Source: an uncultured Bacillota bacterium
GTDB taxonomy: Bacteria; Bacillota; Clostridia; Christensenellales; UBA1242
Length of the DNA: 64,000 bases
Direction of reading: 5' to 3'
Assembly (NCBI GenBank): GCA_949283975.1
Contig: CASDUK010000002.1
Location: 66,932-130,931, forward strand
Each line of letters starts with the position of its first letter. Within the stretch, counting starts at the first letter, position 1. The position numbers were made by a program, and so were the translations under genes. Under the pieces are notes generated by a model, which was given only the letters and a program-made list of their open reading frames with translations, was not told the origin of the DNA and searched no databases. This document shows positions 8,134 to 16,616 of the stretch, piece after piece.

Positions 8134-8553
8134 TTAAAGTATCTCAATTTCATATTGACGTATCTGTTCAAACATCCGATTACATTCTTCCTCGCCGCTC
8201 TTTGGGCTGTCGGAGGCGTGGATTACATTTCTTGTAATTTCTCCAATTCCAAAGTCATAGCGAATTGTTCCTTTTTCTGGGTTTTTTGTTGAGCCAACAG
8301 CCTCTCTAATTTTTTCAACAAGGCCGTCCTCTCCCTCAACTTGAAATCCAACAACTTCTCCGCTTTTCATATAGTTGCAAAGGCCTTCATAAAAAGGTTT
8401 TCCAATGTGTTCATGATAGTGCGCGGCCAAAATTTCATCGTTTAACCTCATCTTTTGGCGCTTTGTTATCTTTCCAATTTTGCTTAGCCTTTCAACAATT
8501 TGAGGCTCAAACTCTAAAAAACCGGGTTTGATCATTACAAAAGATTTTTCCAT
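8134..8553 (-). CDS. ndk: Nucleoside diphosphate kinase
   Basis: SFVMIKPG, NVIHASDS active-site motif, about 139 aa. TAGGAG SD. Confidence 0.9.
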   Translation of the reverse strand: MEKSFVMIKPGFLEFEPQIVERLSKIGKITKRQKMRLNDEILAAHYHEHIGKPFYEGLCNYMKSGEVVGFQVEGEDGLVEKIREAVGSTKNPEKGTIRYDFGIGEITRNVIHASDSPKSGEEECNRMFEQIRQYEIEIL

Positions 8554-8671
8554 GTTACGCTCCTAATGAAATTATACCATAATTTTATCTTTCAACAAAC
8601 AAAAGTAACAAACAATTAATTAATATGTTATCATGTTCTCATAGGAGGCAATTAAAAAATTGTTTTGAAAC

Positions 8672-8950
8672 ATGAATTTAACTTATGTAGATAAATCAAA
8701 GCCAAAGGGCGTTTTTCTGGCAAATTTTATTGTTAGCTGCTTTTTCAGCATTTTTATGCTTTTTTCTGCTCCGCTTGTAAAATATAGCAACAAGGAAAAG
8801 AATGAGTTAAAGTGGACGGGCGTCTTTTGTGGAATTGTTTTCCCTTTCACGCTTGGGCTAAATCTTATTTATGTTATTAAAAAATATAATAAATTAAAAA
8901 AGAAAGAAAATCCTCAAATTGTAATTGGAATTAGGTCTGGCTCGTTCTAG
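8672..8950 (+). CDS. Hypothetical small membrane protein
   Basis: The ORF has two hydrophobic segments. There is no SD at proper spacing. Its 3' end overlaps the convergent murA by 20 nt. Confidence 0.35.
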   Translation: MNLTYVDKSKPKGVFLANFIVSCFFSIFMLFSAPLVKYSNKEKNELKWTGVFCGIVFPFTLGLNLIYVIKKYNKLKKKENPQIVIGIRSGSF

Positions 8951-10214
8951 TTATATCTGCCCCAAGGTTTTGAAGTTGGTCTTCAAGTTTGTAATATCCC
9001 CTGTCTATATGATGAACATGATTGACTGTTGTGTAACCCTCTGCGCAAAGTCCGGCCAAAACAAGGCCAACACCGCCGCGCAAATCTGTTGCACAAACGC
9101 TTGCGCCATAAAGTTTGTCAACGCCGTTTATAACTGCCGTTCTGTCCTTAACTGTGATATTGGCGCCCATTTTAACAAGCTCTGGAACGTGTTTAAACCT
9201 TGTTTCAAACAGATTTTCAACAATTATGCTCGTTCCTCTGCCAATTGTTTGAAGCGCTAAAATTTGAGCCTGGAGATCTGTTGGAAAACCCGGGTATGGA
9301 GAGGTTTCAATTTTTGGGATAGATTTCAACCTTCCGTCCGACTTTATGTTAAAAACGCCGTTAACTGTTTTAAACCTTGCGCCTGTTGACTTAAGTTTTT
9401 CTAAAAGGGCAAGATTGTGTTCTGCTTTAAAATTTAATAAATCAATGTCGCCGCCGCAAATTAGCCCCGCAATTAAATATGTTCCTGCAATAATTCTATC
9501 TGGAATTGGCGTGTATTCCCCGCCAGAAAGCTTGCTTACGCCTTCAATTGTAATTGTGCTTGTTCCCGCGCCAAAAATTTTTGCGCCAATTGAATTTAAA
9601 AAATCCGCAAGATCAACAATCTCTGGCTCTTTCGCTGCGTTAATTATTTTTGTTGTTCCTTTGGTTAGTGTTGCGGCAAGAATTATGTTTTCTGTTGCGC
9701 CAACGCTTGGAAAGTCTAAATTAACCGTTCCCCCGCGCATGTTAGTTCCATCGCAAGTTAAATAGCCATGTCTATCCGAAATTTTAACATTTAGTGCTCT
9801 AAGCCCTTTTATGTGAAGGTCAATTGGCCGCGCCCCAATTTCACAACCGCCGGGGTATGCAACCTTTGCTTTTTTAAATCTTCCAAGAATTGAGCCAAGG
9901 CTGAAAATTGAAGATCTAATAACAGATGCAAGTTCGTGTGGAATTGCGTGAGAACTAAGGCTGGAACAATCAATTTTTAAATCGCAGCCGTTATGTATTT
10001 GGCCGTCAGCCGTTAAGGGCAAAACCTTTGCTCCAAGATTTTCAAGAATTTTTGTCATATTAATTATGTCAACATATTTTGGGCAATTTTTTAAATATAT
10101 TGGTTTTTCGGATAAAATACAGCCCGCTAGTATTGGCAAGTATGCATTTTTCGCAGATGTAATCTCGGCAGCGCCCCCAAGTTTTTTGCCGCCTTTTATT
10201 AAAAACTTATCCAT
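8931..10214 (-). CDS. murA: UDP-N-acetylglucosamine 1-carboxyvinyltransferase
   Basis: MDKFLIKGGKKLGGAAEITSAKNAYLPILA..., full-length MurA similarity. GGAG SD before ATG 10214; the ORF-track start at 10280 adds 22 aa. Confidence 0.92.
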   Translation of the reverse strand: MDKFLIKGGKKLGGAAEITSAKNAYLPILAGCILSEKPIYLKNCPKYVDIINMTKILENLGAKVLPLTADGQIHNGCDLKIDCSSLSSHAIPHELASVIRSSIFSLGSILGRFKKAKVAYPGGCEIGARPIDLHIKGLRALNVKISDRHGYLTCDGTNMRGGTVNLDFPSVGATENIILAATLTKGTTKIINAAKEPEIVDLADFLNSIGAKIFGAGTSTITIEGVSKLSGGEYTPIPDRIIAGTYLIAGLICGGDIDLLNFKAEHNLALLEKLKSTGARFKTVNGVFNIKSDGRLKSIPKIETSPYPGFPTDLQAQILALQTIGRGTSIIVENLFETRFKHVPELVKMGANITVKDRTAVINGVDKLYGASVCATDLRGGVGLVLAGLCAEGYTTVNHVHHIDRGYYKLEDQLQNLGADITRTSQT

Positions 10215-10366
10215 ATGTGCTCCATCACTTTCATTGTATGTCAAAATATTTTGCTTCGTTAAAAGGCGTTTGGCATCCATTTAAGTATATATGTGAATTT
10301 AAAAAATTTTGACTTAGTTTTAGCTTTTTTGTGTTATACTAAATATTGTTAAAAGGAGGATTTGTT

Positions 10367-11521
10367 TTGACAAATAGAAAAACAACAAAACTTTTGGCTG
10401 CTTTTCTTTGCATTTTGATGTGCATGGTTTCTCTTTTTGTTTTTTCTGGGTGCACCGGAAAAGAAGTTGACTATTCAAACATGGCAAACCAAAACTACTA
10501 TCCGTCAACTGTTGAAGTTTTCACAGATGAACTTGGCGAAGTTTCAATTAAATTAAAAGAGGATCGGAATTTAAAAGTTCTTCAATTAACGGACATTCAC
10601 ATTGGAAACGGCCCGTTCACGGTTAAAAAAGATAAAAAGGCAATTTCCGCAATTTGCAGTTTAATTGAGCATGTTGTTCCCGATTTAATTGTTCTTTCGG
10701 GCGACATGGTTTTTCCCGTTAGCGTCATAACGGGAAGCAACGACAACCTGGCCGCGTTAAAAGCATTAACAAGCCTTATAGAGGCCTACAAAACCCCTTG
10801 GACACTGTGTTTTGGAAACCACGATGCCGAAAGCATGGCAAAATTCTCCAAAAGCGAAATTTGCAACTATTTAGAAAGTGATGAGTTAGAATATTGTCTA
10901 TTTAACCGCGGCCCAAGCGAACTTGACGGAATGGGCAACCATTTAATTAACGTTTATAACTTTGACAATTCTTTTAATTCAACAATCTTTTTCTTTGATA
11001 ACGGAATGTATCTTGGAGAAACTCAACTTAGCGGCTATCAGGAAATTACCGAAAGTCAAACAAATTGGTATAGAGAAAAGGTTGAAAATTTTAGCGTTTA
11101 CTACGGAAAAACAATTGACTCCTATGTTTATTATCACGTTCCGGGGAAAGAATATGAACTTGGCTGGGAAAGCTATAAAAATGGCCTAGAAGATTCAACA
11201 TATTTCTTTGGCCAAGCGGGAGAAAAAAACGAAAGAATTTCCTGCCCAAGCGAGCTTGGAACTTTCTTTCCAACTGTTGTTGAACTTGGAAGCACAAAAG
11301 CAATTTTCTGCGGCCACGACCACTTAAACGATTTTTCAATTGAATACAAAGGCGTTCGACTGACATATGGAAAATCAATTGACTACACTGCCTATGTTTT
11401 TCAAGGAATTGCAAACAAAACTGAGCAGCGAGGCGGAACGGTTTTATCAATCAACACATCAACCTCTCAAGCGGAAGAAAAATTTTCAATTTCCTCAATT
11501 AAACTGGAAGACATCGTTTAA
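10367..11521 (+). CDS. Calcineurin-like metallophosphoesterase, probable lipoprotein
   Basis: LSGDMVF, GNHD and CGHDH motifs. Signal peptide with lipobox FVFSGC. AAGGAGG SD sits 7 nt before TTG 10367. The start codon is uncertain (the ORF track uses 10346). Confidence 0.7.
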   Translation: MTNRKTTKLLAAFLCILMCMVSLFVFSGCTGKEVDYSNMANQNYYPSTVEVFTDELGEVSIKLKEDRNLKVLQLTDIHIGNGPFTVKKDKKAISAICSLIEHVVPDLIVLSGDMVFPVSVITGSNDNLAALKALTSLIEAYKTPWTLCFGNHDAESMAKFSKSEICNYLESDELEYCLFNRGPSELDGMGNHLINVYNFDNSFNSTIFFFDNGMYLGETQLSGYQEITESQTNWYREKVENFSVYYGKTIDSYVYYHVPGKEYELGWESYKNGLEDSTYFFGQAGEKNERISCPSELGTFFPTVVELGSTKAIFCGHDHLNDFSIEYKGVRLTYGKSIDYTAYVFQGIANKTEQRGGTVLSINTSTSQAEEKFSISSIKLEDIV

Positions 11522-11562
11522 TTGTTTGCATGATTTAAACATTTTTGATAAAATTTTTATAT

Positions 11563-12009
11563 ATGAAAAAAACAGAAATAAAAAAATATAAAAGCAAAGT
11601 TGGAATTGTTGTTCCTCTTTTATATCTTTTTGTTGCCGCCGCTTCTCTAATTGTTTGGCTTGTTCCAAACAGCGGCGCGCTAACGCTTCAAATTGTTGCA
11701 ACATGTTTTCTTGCTGTTGTTTTTATTGGAATAACATGGATTTGCTTTTCAACTTATTATCAAATCACAGATCGCTGTTTAATTTGCGTTTGCGGGCCTT
11801 TTAAAACACGCGCGCTTTACAAGGACATAACAGATGTTACAGAGGGGTTTAGCCTTCTTTTCTCCTATGCTCTAACAGGACAAAGAATTTTTATTAACCG
11901 CGGAAGAAGCATTCTTAGAAGAATTGATGTTTCACCAAAAGAAAAGCAAGATTTTTTAAACGAATTGTCAACTAAAATTAATCATTATAGGGAGATTGTT
12001 CAAAAGTGA
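11563..12009 (+). CDS. Membrane protein with a bacterial PH (DUF1200/bPH_1-like) domain
   Basis: Two N-terminal TM segments, then YYQITDRCLICVCGPFKTRALYKDITDV...RIDVSPKEKQDFLNEL. The start codon is uncertain. Confidence 0.5.
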   Translation: MKKTEIKKYKSKVGIVVPLLYLFVAAASLIVWLVPNSGALTLQIVATCFLAVVFIGITWICFSTYYQITDRCLICVCGPFKTRALYKDITDVTEGFSLLFSYALTGQRIFINRGRSILRRIDVSPKEKQDFLNELSTKINHYREIVQK

Positions 12010-12803
12010 AAGTTGTTGTAATTTCCGGCGGAACAAGCGGAATGGGAAAGGGCGTTGGAGAGCTTTTCGAAAAGAAAGGCTGGGTTGTTGTTAAATTTGG
12101 AAGAAACCCAAAAGATGGCGAAGAAATGGTTGATGTAACAAACGAGGTTCAGGTTGAAAATTTCTTCAATAGTGTTAGAGAAAAATATGGAAAAATAGAT
12201 GTTTTAATAAACAGCGCTGGTTATGGAATTTCCGGCGCAGCCGAGCTTTCAGATTTTAGCGAAACAAAAAATCTTTTTAATGTAAACTATTTTGGCGCGC
12301 TTAAATGTGTTCAGTGTGCCCTTCCCTTAATGAAAAGCGGCGCAAAAATTATAAACATTGGTTCTTGCTGCGCAATTTTTCCAATGCCATTTAGAATTCA
12401 TTATTGCGCAAGCAAAGCTGCGCTTTCAATGCTTTCCTATGGGCTTAAAATGGAACTGTCTGACGCAAAAATTCAGGTTACAGTTATAAACCCTGGCGAT
12501 GTCAAAACCAACTTCATCAACTCAAGGGTTAAAAATTTTAACACCAATGAAAGATATAAAAACCGCGTTAAAAACGCCCAAGACTTGGTTGAGAAAAACA
12601 ACTCTAAACGCATGTCGCAAGAATATGCATCAAAGAAAATTTTTAAAATTGCAAACAAGAAAAAATTAAAGGCAATGTATATAATTGGAAGAAAATACAA
12701 GGTCTTTAACTTTTTGGTTAAACTTTTTCCAATCAATATTTTCTTAAAAGTTTCAAACAAAATTTTTGGCGGGAAAAAACAAATTAAACAGCAGCAAAGC
12801 TAA
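12006..12803 (+). CDS. Short-chain dehydrogenase/reductase (SDR) family oxidoreductase
   Basis: VVISGGTSGMGKG, NSAG, YCASKAAL. The GTG start overlaps the upstream TGA (GTGA). Confidence 0.8.
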   Translation: MKVVVISGGTSGMGKGVGELFEKKGWVVVKFGRNPKDGEEMVDVTNEVQVENFFNSVREKYGKIDVLINSAGYGISGAAELSDFSETKNLFNVNYFGALKCVQCALPLMKSGAKIINIGSCCAIFPMPFRIHYCASKAALSMLSYGLKMELSDAKIQVTVINPGDVKTNFINSRVKNFNTNERYKNRVKNAQDLVEKNNSKRMSQEYASKKIFKIANKKKLKAMYIIGRKYKVFNFLVKLFPINIFLKVSNKIFGGKKQIKQQQS

Positions 12804-13041
12804 GCTCTGCCCCATTTTGCCTAACAAGATAGAACCCCGCAAAGGAATCAAACCTCCTTCTGGAAATAACGCTTCTTGCTGTTTCCAGATTTTTTTTGCT
12901 AAACTTTGCAGAAATTCCACACGAAACATTGATCTTTCTTGGCGTTGGAACAACGCTAACCGCTGCCCCATAACTTCTTAGCAAATTTGCAAATGTAATC
13001 GTTTGGCTTCTCGCCCTAAAAACTGCTAACACATATTCCAT
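12784..13041 (-). CDS. DUF3343 (putative Se/S carrier-like) small protein
   Basis: MEYVLAVFRARSQTITFANLLRSYGAAVSVVPTPRKINVSCGISAKF fits the DUF3343 pattern. Divergent from the cysteine desulfurase gene. Confidence 0.6.
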   Translation of the reverse strand: MEYVLAVFRARSQTITFANLLRSYGAAVSVVPTPRKINVSCGISAKFSKKNLETARSVISRRRFDSFAGFYLVRQNGAELSFAAV

Positions 13042-13109
13042 ATTCTCTTCCCTCTGTTAACAAAAATTCCTCTATATCACTATATTGATTAAAGGGGGAA
13101 AAGGTTAAA

Positions 13110-14252
13110 ATGATATATTTAGATAACAGCGCAACCACGGCAAAAAAACCCAAAAGCGTTATAGCAAATGTTGTTAAGGGTTTAACAACGCTGTCGGCAA
13201 ATCCAGGCAGAAGCGGCCACAAAGCAAGCCTTGCCGCGGCAATAAAGGTTGGCGAAGTTAGAGAAAAAATTTGCAAAATGTTTGGTGTTGGAACTCCTGA
13301 AAATGTAATCTTCACGCTAAATTGCACAGACGCGCTTAACCTTGCAATTTTGGGAACAGCAAGAGAAGGCGGCCATGTTATTGCAACGGCTTTTGAACAT
13401 AATTCAACCCTGCGCCCCTTGTTTGAACTTGAACGAAAAGGAATTATTTCCGTTTCAATTGTAAAGCCAAAAAATCCAAACAAAATTACAAAGGACGATA
13501 TCGCCCCGCTAATTCGCCCAAACACTTACATGATTTGCACTGTTCATATTTCAAATGTTGATGGCGCAGAAACAGAGGTTGAAGAAATTGGAAGCCTTTG
13601 CAAAAAACACAAGCTTATCTACCTTGTTGACGCCGCACAATCTGGCGGTCATAAAGTTATAAATATGCAAGAACAAAACATTTCTCTTCTTGCCCTTGCC
13701 GGCCACAAAGGCCTTTATGGCCCAATGGGAATTGGCGTTCTTGCAATCGCCCCAGAAGTTTCGGTTGACCCAATTCGCTTTGGCGGAACGGGAACATCTT
13801 CTTCAAACCTTCTTCAACCAAGCGAAATTCCAGAACGCTTTGAAAGCGGAACAATTGCCCTTCCAAACATTTTGGGGCTTGGCGCGGGAATTGATTTTGT
13901 TTCAAAAAATAAACATGAAATTGAAAAAAGGATTAAATATTTAACAAAATTTATGATAAATGAACTGAAAAATATAAAAAATGTTAAAGTTTACACAAGT
14001 TTAGACAATTTAAACGGAGTTGTTGCCTTCAACATTTCCAACATAGATTCAACAATTGTAAGCGAATATTTAAACGATAAATTTGAAATTTGCGTTAGAA
14101 GCGGACTTCACTGCGCGCCCCTCAAACATGAATATCTTGGAACAAAAGAACAGGGCGTTATTCGCGCCTCCCTTTCATATTTTTCAAACGAAGAGGAAGT
14201 TCGCGCTCTAATCTTTGGGATTAAAGATTTTATAAGGAATTTTGATTTATAA
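13110..14252 (+). CDS. Cysteine desulfurase family protein (class V aminotransferase fold)
   Basis: IYLDNSATTAKKPKSV, NPGRSGH, EHNSTLRP, and LAGHKGLYGPMGIG (PLP-binding lysine). Confidence 0.82.
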   Translation: MIYLDNSATTAKKPKSVIANVVKGLTTLSANPGRSGHKASLAAAIKVGEVREKICKMFGVGTPENVIFTLNCTDALNLAILGTAREGGHVIATAFEHNSTLRPLFELERKGIISVSIVKPKNPNKITKDDIAPLIRPNTYMICTVHISNVDGAETEVEEIGSLCKKHKLIYLVDAAQSGGHKVINMQEQNISLLALAGHKGLYGPMGIGVLAIAPEVSVDPIRFGGTGTSSSNLLQPSEIPERFESGTIALPNILGLGAGIDFVSKNKHEIEKRIKYLTKFMINELKNIKNVKVYTSLDNLNGVVAFNISNIDSTIVSEYLNDKFEICVRSGLHCAPLKHEYLGTKEQGVIRASLSYFSNEEEVRALIFGIKDFIRNFDL

Positions 14253-14259
14253 TATTTAT

Positions 14260-15414
14260 TCACTGTTTTGCATATTTATTCGTTTTGATGCCGCTTCCAA
14301 AATTTGCAAGTGCGCGAGATTCAAAGGAATATTTATTGCTGTTTTTCTCCAAAAATTTTCGTTTTCCAATTTCAATTAGTTTGTTCAACAATTTTTTATA
14401 ATCTAAATTTTGATTTTTGAAAAGATAGAAGGCAAGCGAGCCGGGAATTGAATTTAATTCGTTTAAATAAATTTTCTGTTCGCTTGGCAAAACTAAAAAA
14501 TCAATTCTAACAACGCCGCTGCAATCAAAAATTTTAAATGCTTCTCTTGCAATTTTTTTAACTTCCTCCTCTAGTTTTTTTGAAAGTCTTTTCTTCCCAA
14601 GTTTTTCCTCTTTTCTGGAAATATACTTTTCATCAAAACTTAAAAAACTGCTCCAGCTTTTTGGATATTCCAAATCTGAAACAATTTGATAGTCTGCGTC
14701 TCCTAAAACAGCGCAATTAACTTCAACCGAATCTTCAACCGCCTGTTCAATTATAATTCGCTGGTCATAGCTAAACGCAACATCAATTGCCTCCATAAGT
14801 TGATTTAAGTTTCCACACTTTGAAATTCCAATGCTGCTTCCAAGATTTGCCGGCTTAACGAAACATGAGTTTGAAAAAAGCTCCAAATTTTTAGTTACAT
14901 CTAAAAGAATTTCTTCCTCATTCAAATAGTAATCTGCACTTTTTATAAAACAACTTTTGGGTGTTAAAATGTTGTTTGCGCGAAGAACATCTTTCATGAT
15001 TATCTTGTCCATGCAAATTGCGCTTGAAAGAACGTTTGGGCTTGTGTATGGAATTTTTGAAAGTTCTAAAAGGCCTTGAATTGTTCCGTCTTCTCCGTTT
15101 AACCCATGCAAACAAAGAACCGCGCATGAAACCTTAAATGAAGGATATTGAGCCCTTCCTCTAGATAGATAAATTCTGTTATCACCCGGGCTAAACGAAA
15201 CGCGTTTAAGCCCCCTTTTTGTGAAGTTGGAATAAGTTTCCAAATTGAAAAGCTTTTTTCCAAACAACATTTCTCCGCTTTTGGAAACATAGATTGGATA
15301 AAAATTATATTTTGTTTCATCAACATTTTTAAGCGCCTGAAGGCCTGTTATAATTGAAATATCATGCTCTGCGCTTCTTCCGCCAAAAATTAAAAGAACA
15401 TTTTCCTTTTCCAT
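14260..15414 (-). CDS. ddl: D-alanine--D-alanine ligase
   Basis: LLIFGGRSAEHDISIITG, ATP-grasp core, LNELNSIPG. Confidence 0.9.
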   Translation of the reverse strand: MEKENVLLIFGGRSAEHDISIITGLQALKNVDETKYNFYPIYVSKSGEMLFGKKLFNLETYSNFTKRGLKRVSFSPGDNRIYLSRGRAQYPSFKVSCAVLCLHGLNGEDGTIQGLLELSKIPYTSPNVLSSAICMDKIIMKDVLRANNILTPKSCFIKSADYYLNEEEILLDVTKNLELFSNSCFVKPANLGSSIGISKCGNLNQLMEAIDVAFSYDQRIIIEQAVEDSVEVNCAVLGDADYQIVSDLEYPKSWSSFLSFDEKYISRKEEKLGKKRLSKKLEEEVKKIAREAFKIFDCSGVVRIDFLVLPSEQKIYLNELNSIPGSLAFYLFKNQNLDYKKLLNKLIEIGKRKFLEKNSNKYSFESRALANFGSGIKTNKYAKQ

Positions 15415-15456
15415 ATAAAACCTCTTTCGTTATATATGAAAAAAGGTTGCCGCGCG

Positions 15457-16074
15457 TTAATTTGGGCGACAACCGCAATATGTTTGACGATATAAATCAA
15501 ATTCTTTTGCAAGCTGTGTTGAACGAAGAAAGCCGTTTTCCTTTTTAAAATCTGCTAAAAGCGGCAAGGTTTTAAAGTTGTTTTTAGAAAGCTCTTGGCC
15601 AAGTTCAATCAAAATTTCGTTAATTACCTGTGAATCCTTGTGTGGGCTAATTGAAAGCGTTGTTGTAAAATATGAAAAACCCTTTTCTGCGGCAAGCTTC
15701 GCCGTTTTCTCAAGCCTAAGCCTAAAACAAGCTTCGCAACGCTTTGAGCCCTCTGGAAGGCCTTCAAGGCCTTTTATTGCACTTGCAAAATCATTTGGAG
15801 CATAATCACAATCTAAAAATTTAATCTTGTTATCATTGCTTTCATTTAAAATTTCAAGAAACCTAATTTGCTCTTTTTTTCGCTTTTCATACTCCTCTTT
15901 TGGCAAAATATTTGGGTTGTAGTATAAAACAGTTATATTAAAAAAGGGCAAAAGCCGCTCAATTGTTGCGCTTGAACACGGCCCGCAACATGAATGAAGA
16001 AGAAGCGTTTCCCTTTGGGAAAGCTTCTCAATTGTTTCTTTCATAACTTTGTTATAATCAATTTTATTTGTCAT
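15457..16074 (-). CDS. queH: Epoxyqueuosine reductase QueH (DUF208)
   Basis: LLLHSCCGPCS, YNPNILPKEEYEKR, CEACFRLR, YCGC. Confidence 0.85.
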   Translation of the reverse strand: MTNKIDYNKVMKETIEKLSQRETLLLHSCCGPCSSATIERLLPFFNITVLYYNPNILPKEEYEKRKKEQIRFLEILNESNDNKIKFLDCDYAPNDFASAIKGLEGLPEGSKRCEACFRLRLEKTAKLAAEKGFSYFTTTLSISPHKDSQVINEILIELGQELSKNNFKTLPLLADFKKENGFLRSTQLAKEFDLYRQTYCGCRPN

Positions 16075-16081
16075 TTTGCTT

Positions 16082-16156
16082 TGGCTGGGGTGCTAGGATT
16101 CGAACCTAGGGATGCGGGAGTCAGAGTCCCGAGCCTTACCGCTTGGCGACACCCCA
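16082..16156 (-). tRNA. tRNA-Gln (anticodon CUG), CCA encoded
   Basis: TGGGGTG...CGGGA-CTCTGAC-TCCCG...CTAGG-TTCGAAT-CCTAG-CACCCCA-G-CCA. Confidence 0.88.
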
Positions 16157-16167
16157 TTGCAAGCAAT

Positions 16168-16196
16168 ATATTAAATCAATTTTTTTTATTTGTCAA
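16168..16196 (-). promoter_or_regulatory. Promoter for tRNA-Gln(CUG), and probably queH-ddl
   Basis: Minus strand: TTGACA (16196-16191), 17 nt spacer, TAATAT (16173-16168), about 12 nt before the tRNA 5' end. Confidence 0.6.
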
Positions 16197-16267
16197 GGAA
16201 AATCAAAGCTAAAAACAACTTTAAATTAAACATAATAATTTTGTTAATTTTTGTTATAAAAAGTTTT

Positions 16268-16306
16268 TAAAAAATAAAAAAAGCCTCCCGGTCTTTCCTG
16301 GAGGCT
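16268..16306 (-). terminator. Intrinsic terminator after tRNA-His
   Basis: Minus strand: GCCTCC-aggaaagaccg-GGAGGC followed by TTTTTTTATTTTTT. Confidence 0.75.
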
Positions 16307-16312
16307 AGCGCA

Positions 16313-16390
16313 TGGGGTGGAAGATGAGATTCGAACTCACGACCTCTGGTGCCACAAACCAGCGCTCTAACCAGCTGAGCTACATCCACC
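16313..16390 (-). tRNA. tRNA-His (anticodon GUG) with encoded G-1 and CCA
   Basis: G-GTGGATG...CTGGT-TTGTGGC-ACCAG...GTGAG-TTCGAAT-CTCAT-CTTCCAC-C-CCA. Confidence 0.88.
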
Positions 16391-16400
16391 ATTGTTTTCT

Positions 16401-16475
16401 TGGCAGGGGTGGCAGGATTTGAACCTACGCATGCCAGAGTCAAAGTCTGGTGCCTTACCGCTTGGCTACACCCCT
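16401..16475 (-). tRNA. tRNA-Gln (anticodon UUG), CCA encoded
   Basis: AGGGGTG...CCAGA-CTTTGAC-TCTGG...GTAGG-TTCAAAT-CCTGC-CACCCCT-G-CCA. Confidence 0.88.
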
Positions 16476-16486
16476 TAGCGTCAATT

Positions 16487-16515
16487 ATTCTAACTTGTTT
16501 TAAAATATTTGTCAA
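16487..16515 (-). promoter_or_regulatory. Promoter for tRNA-Gln(UUG)-tRNA-His
   Basis: Minus strand: TTGACA (16515-16510), 17 nt spacer, TAGAAT (16492-16487). Confidence 0.6.
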
Positions 16516-16555
16516 TAAAAATCAACAAATTTTTTATTACTTTTTAATTTTTCTC

Positions 16556-16584
16556 TTGCATAGGAATTTAGTTAGTGATATACT
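16556..16584 (+). promoter_or_regulatory. Promoter for typA
   Basis: TTGCAT, 17 nt spacer, TATACT. Confidence 0.55.
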
Positions 16585-16616
16585 CGTAAAGTTAGTTTAT
16601 TTAAAGGAAATGTATT

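Noticed and set aside
9346-10284. + strand ORFs of 139 and 72 aa within the murA region.
   Set aside because: They are antisense to murA, with no SD and no recognisable motifs.
13016-13525. A 169-aa minus-strand ORF.
   Set aside because: It is antisense to the well-supported cysteine desulfurase gene. The sequence is hydrophobic and low-complexity with no family resemblance.
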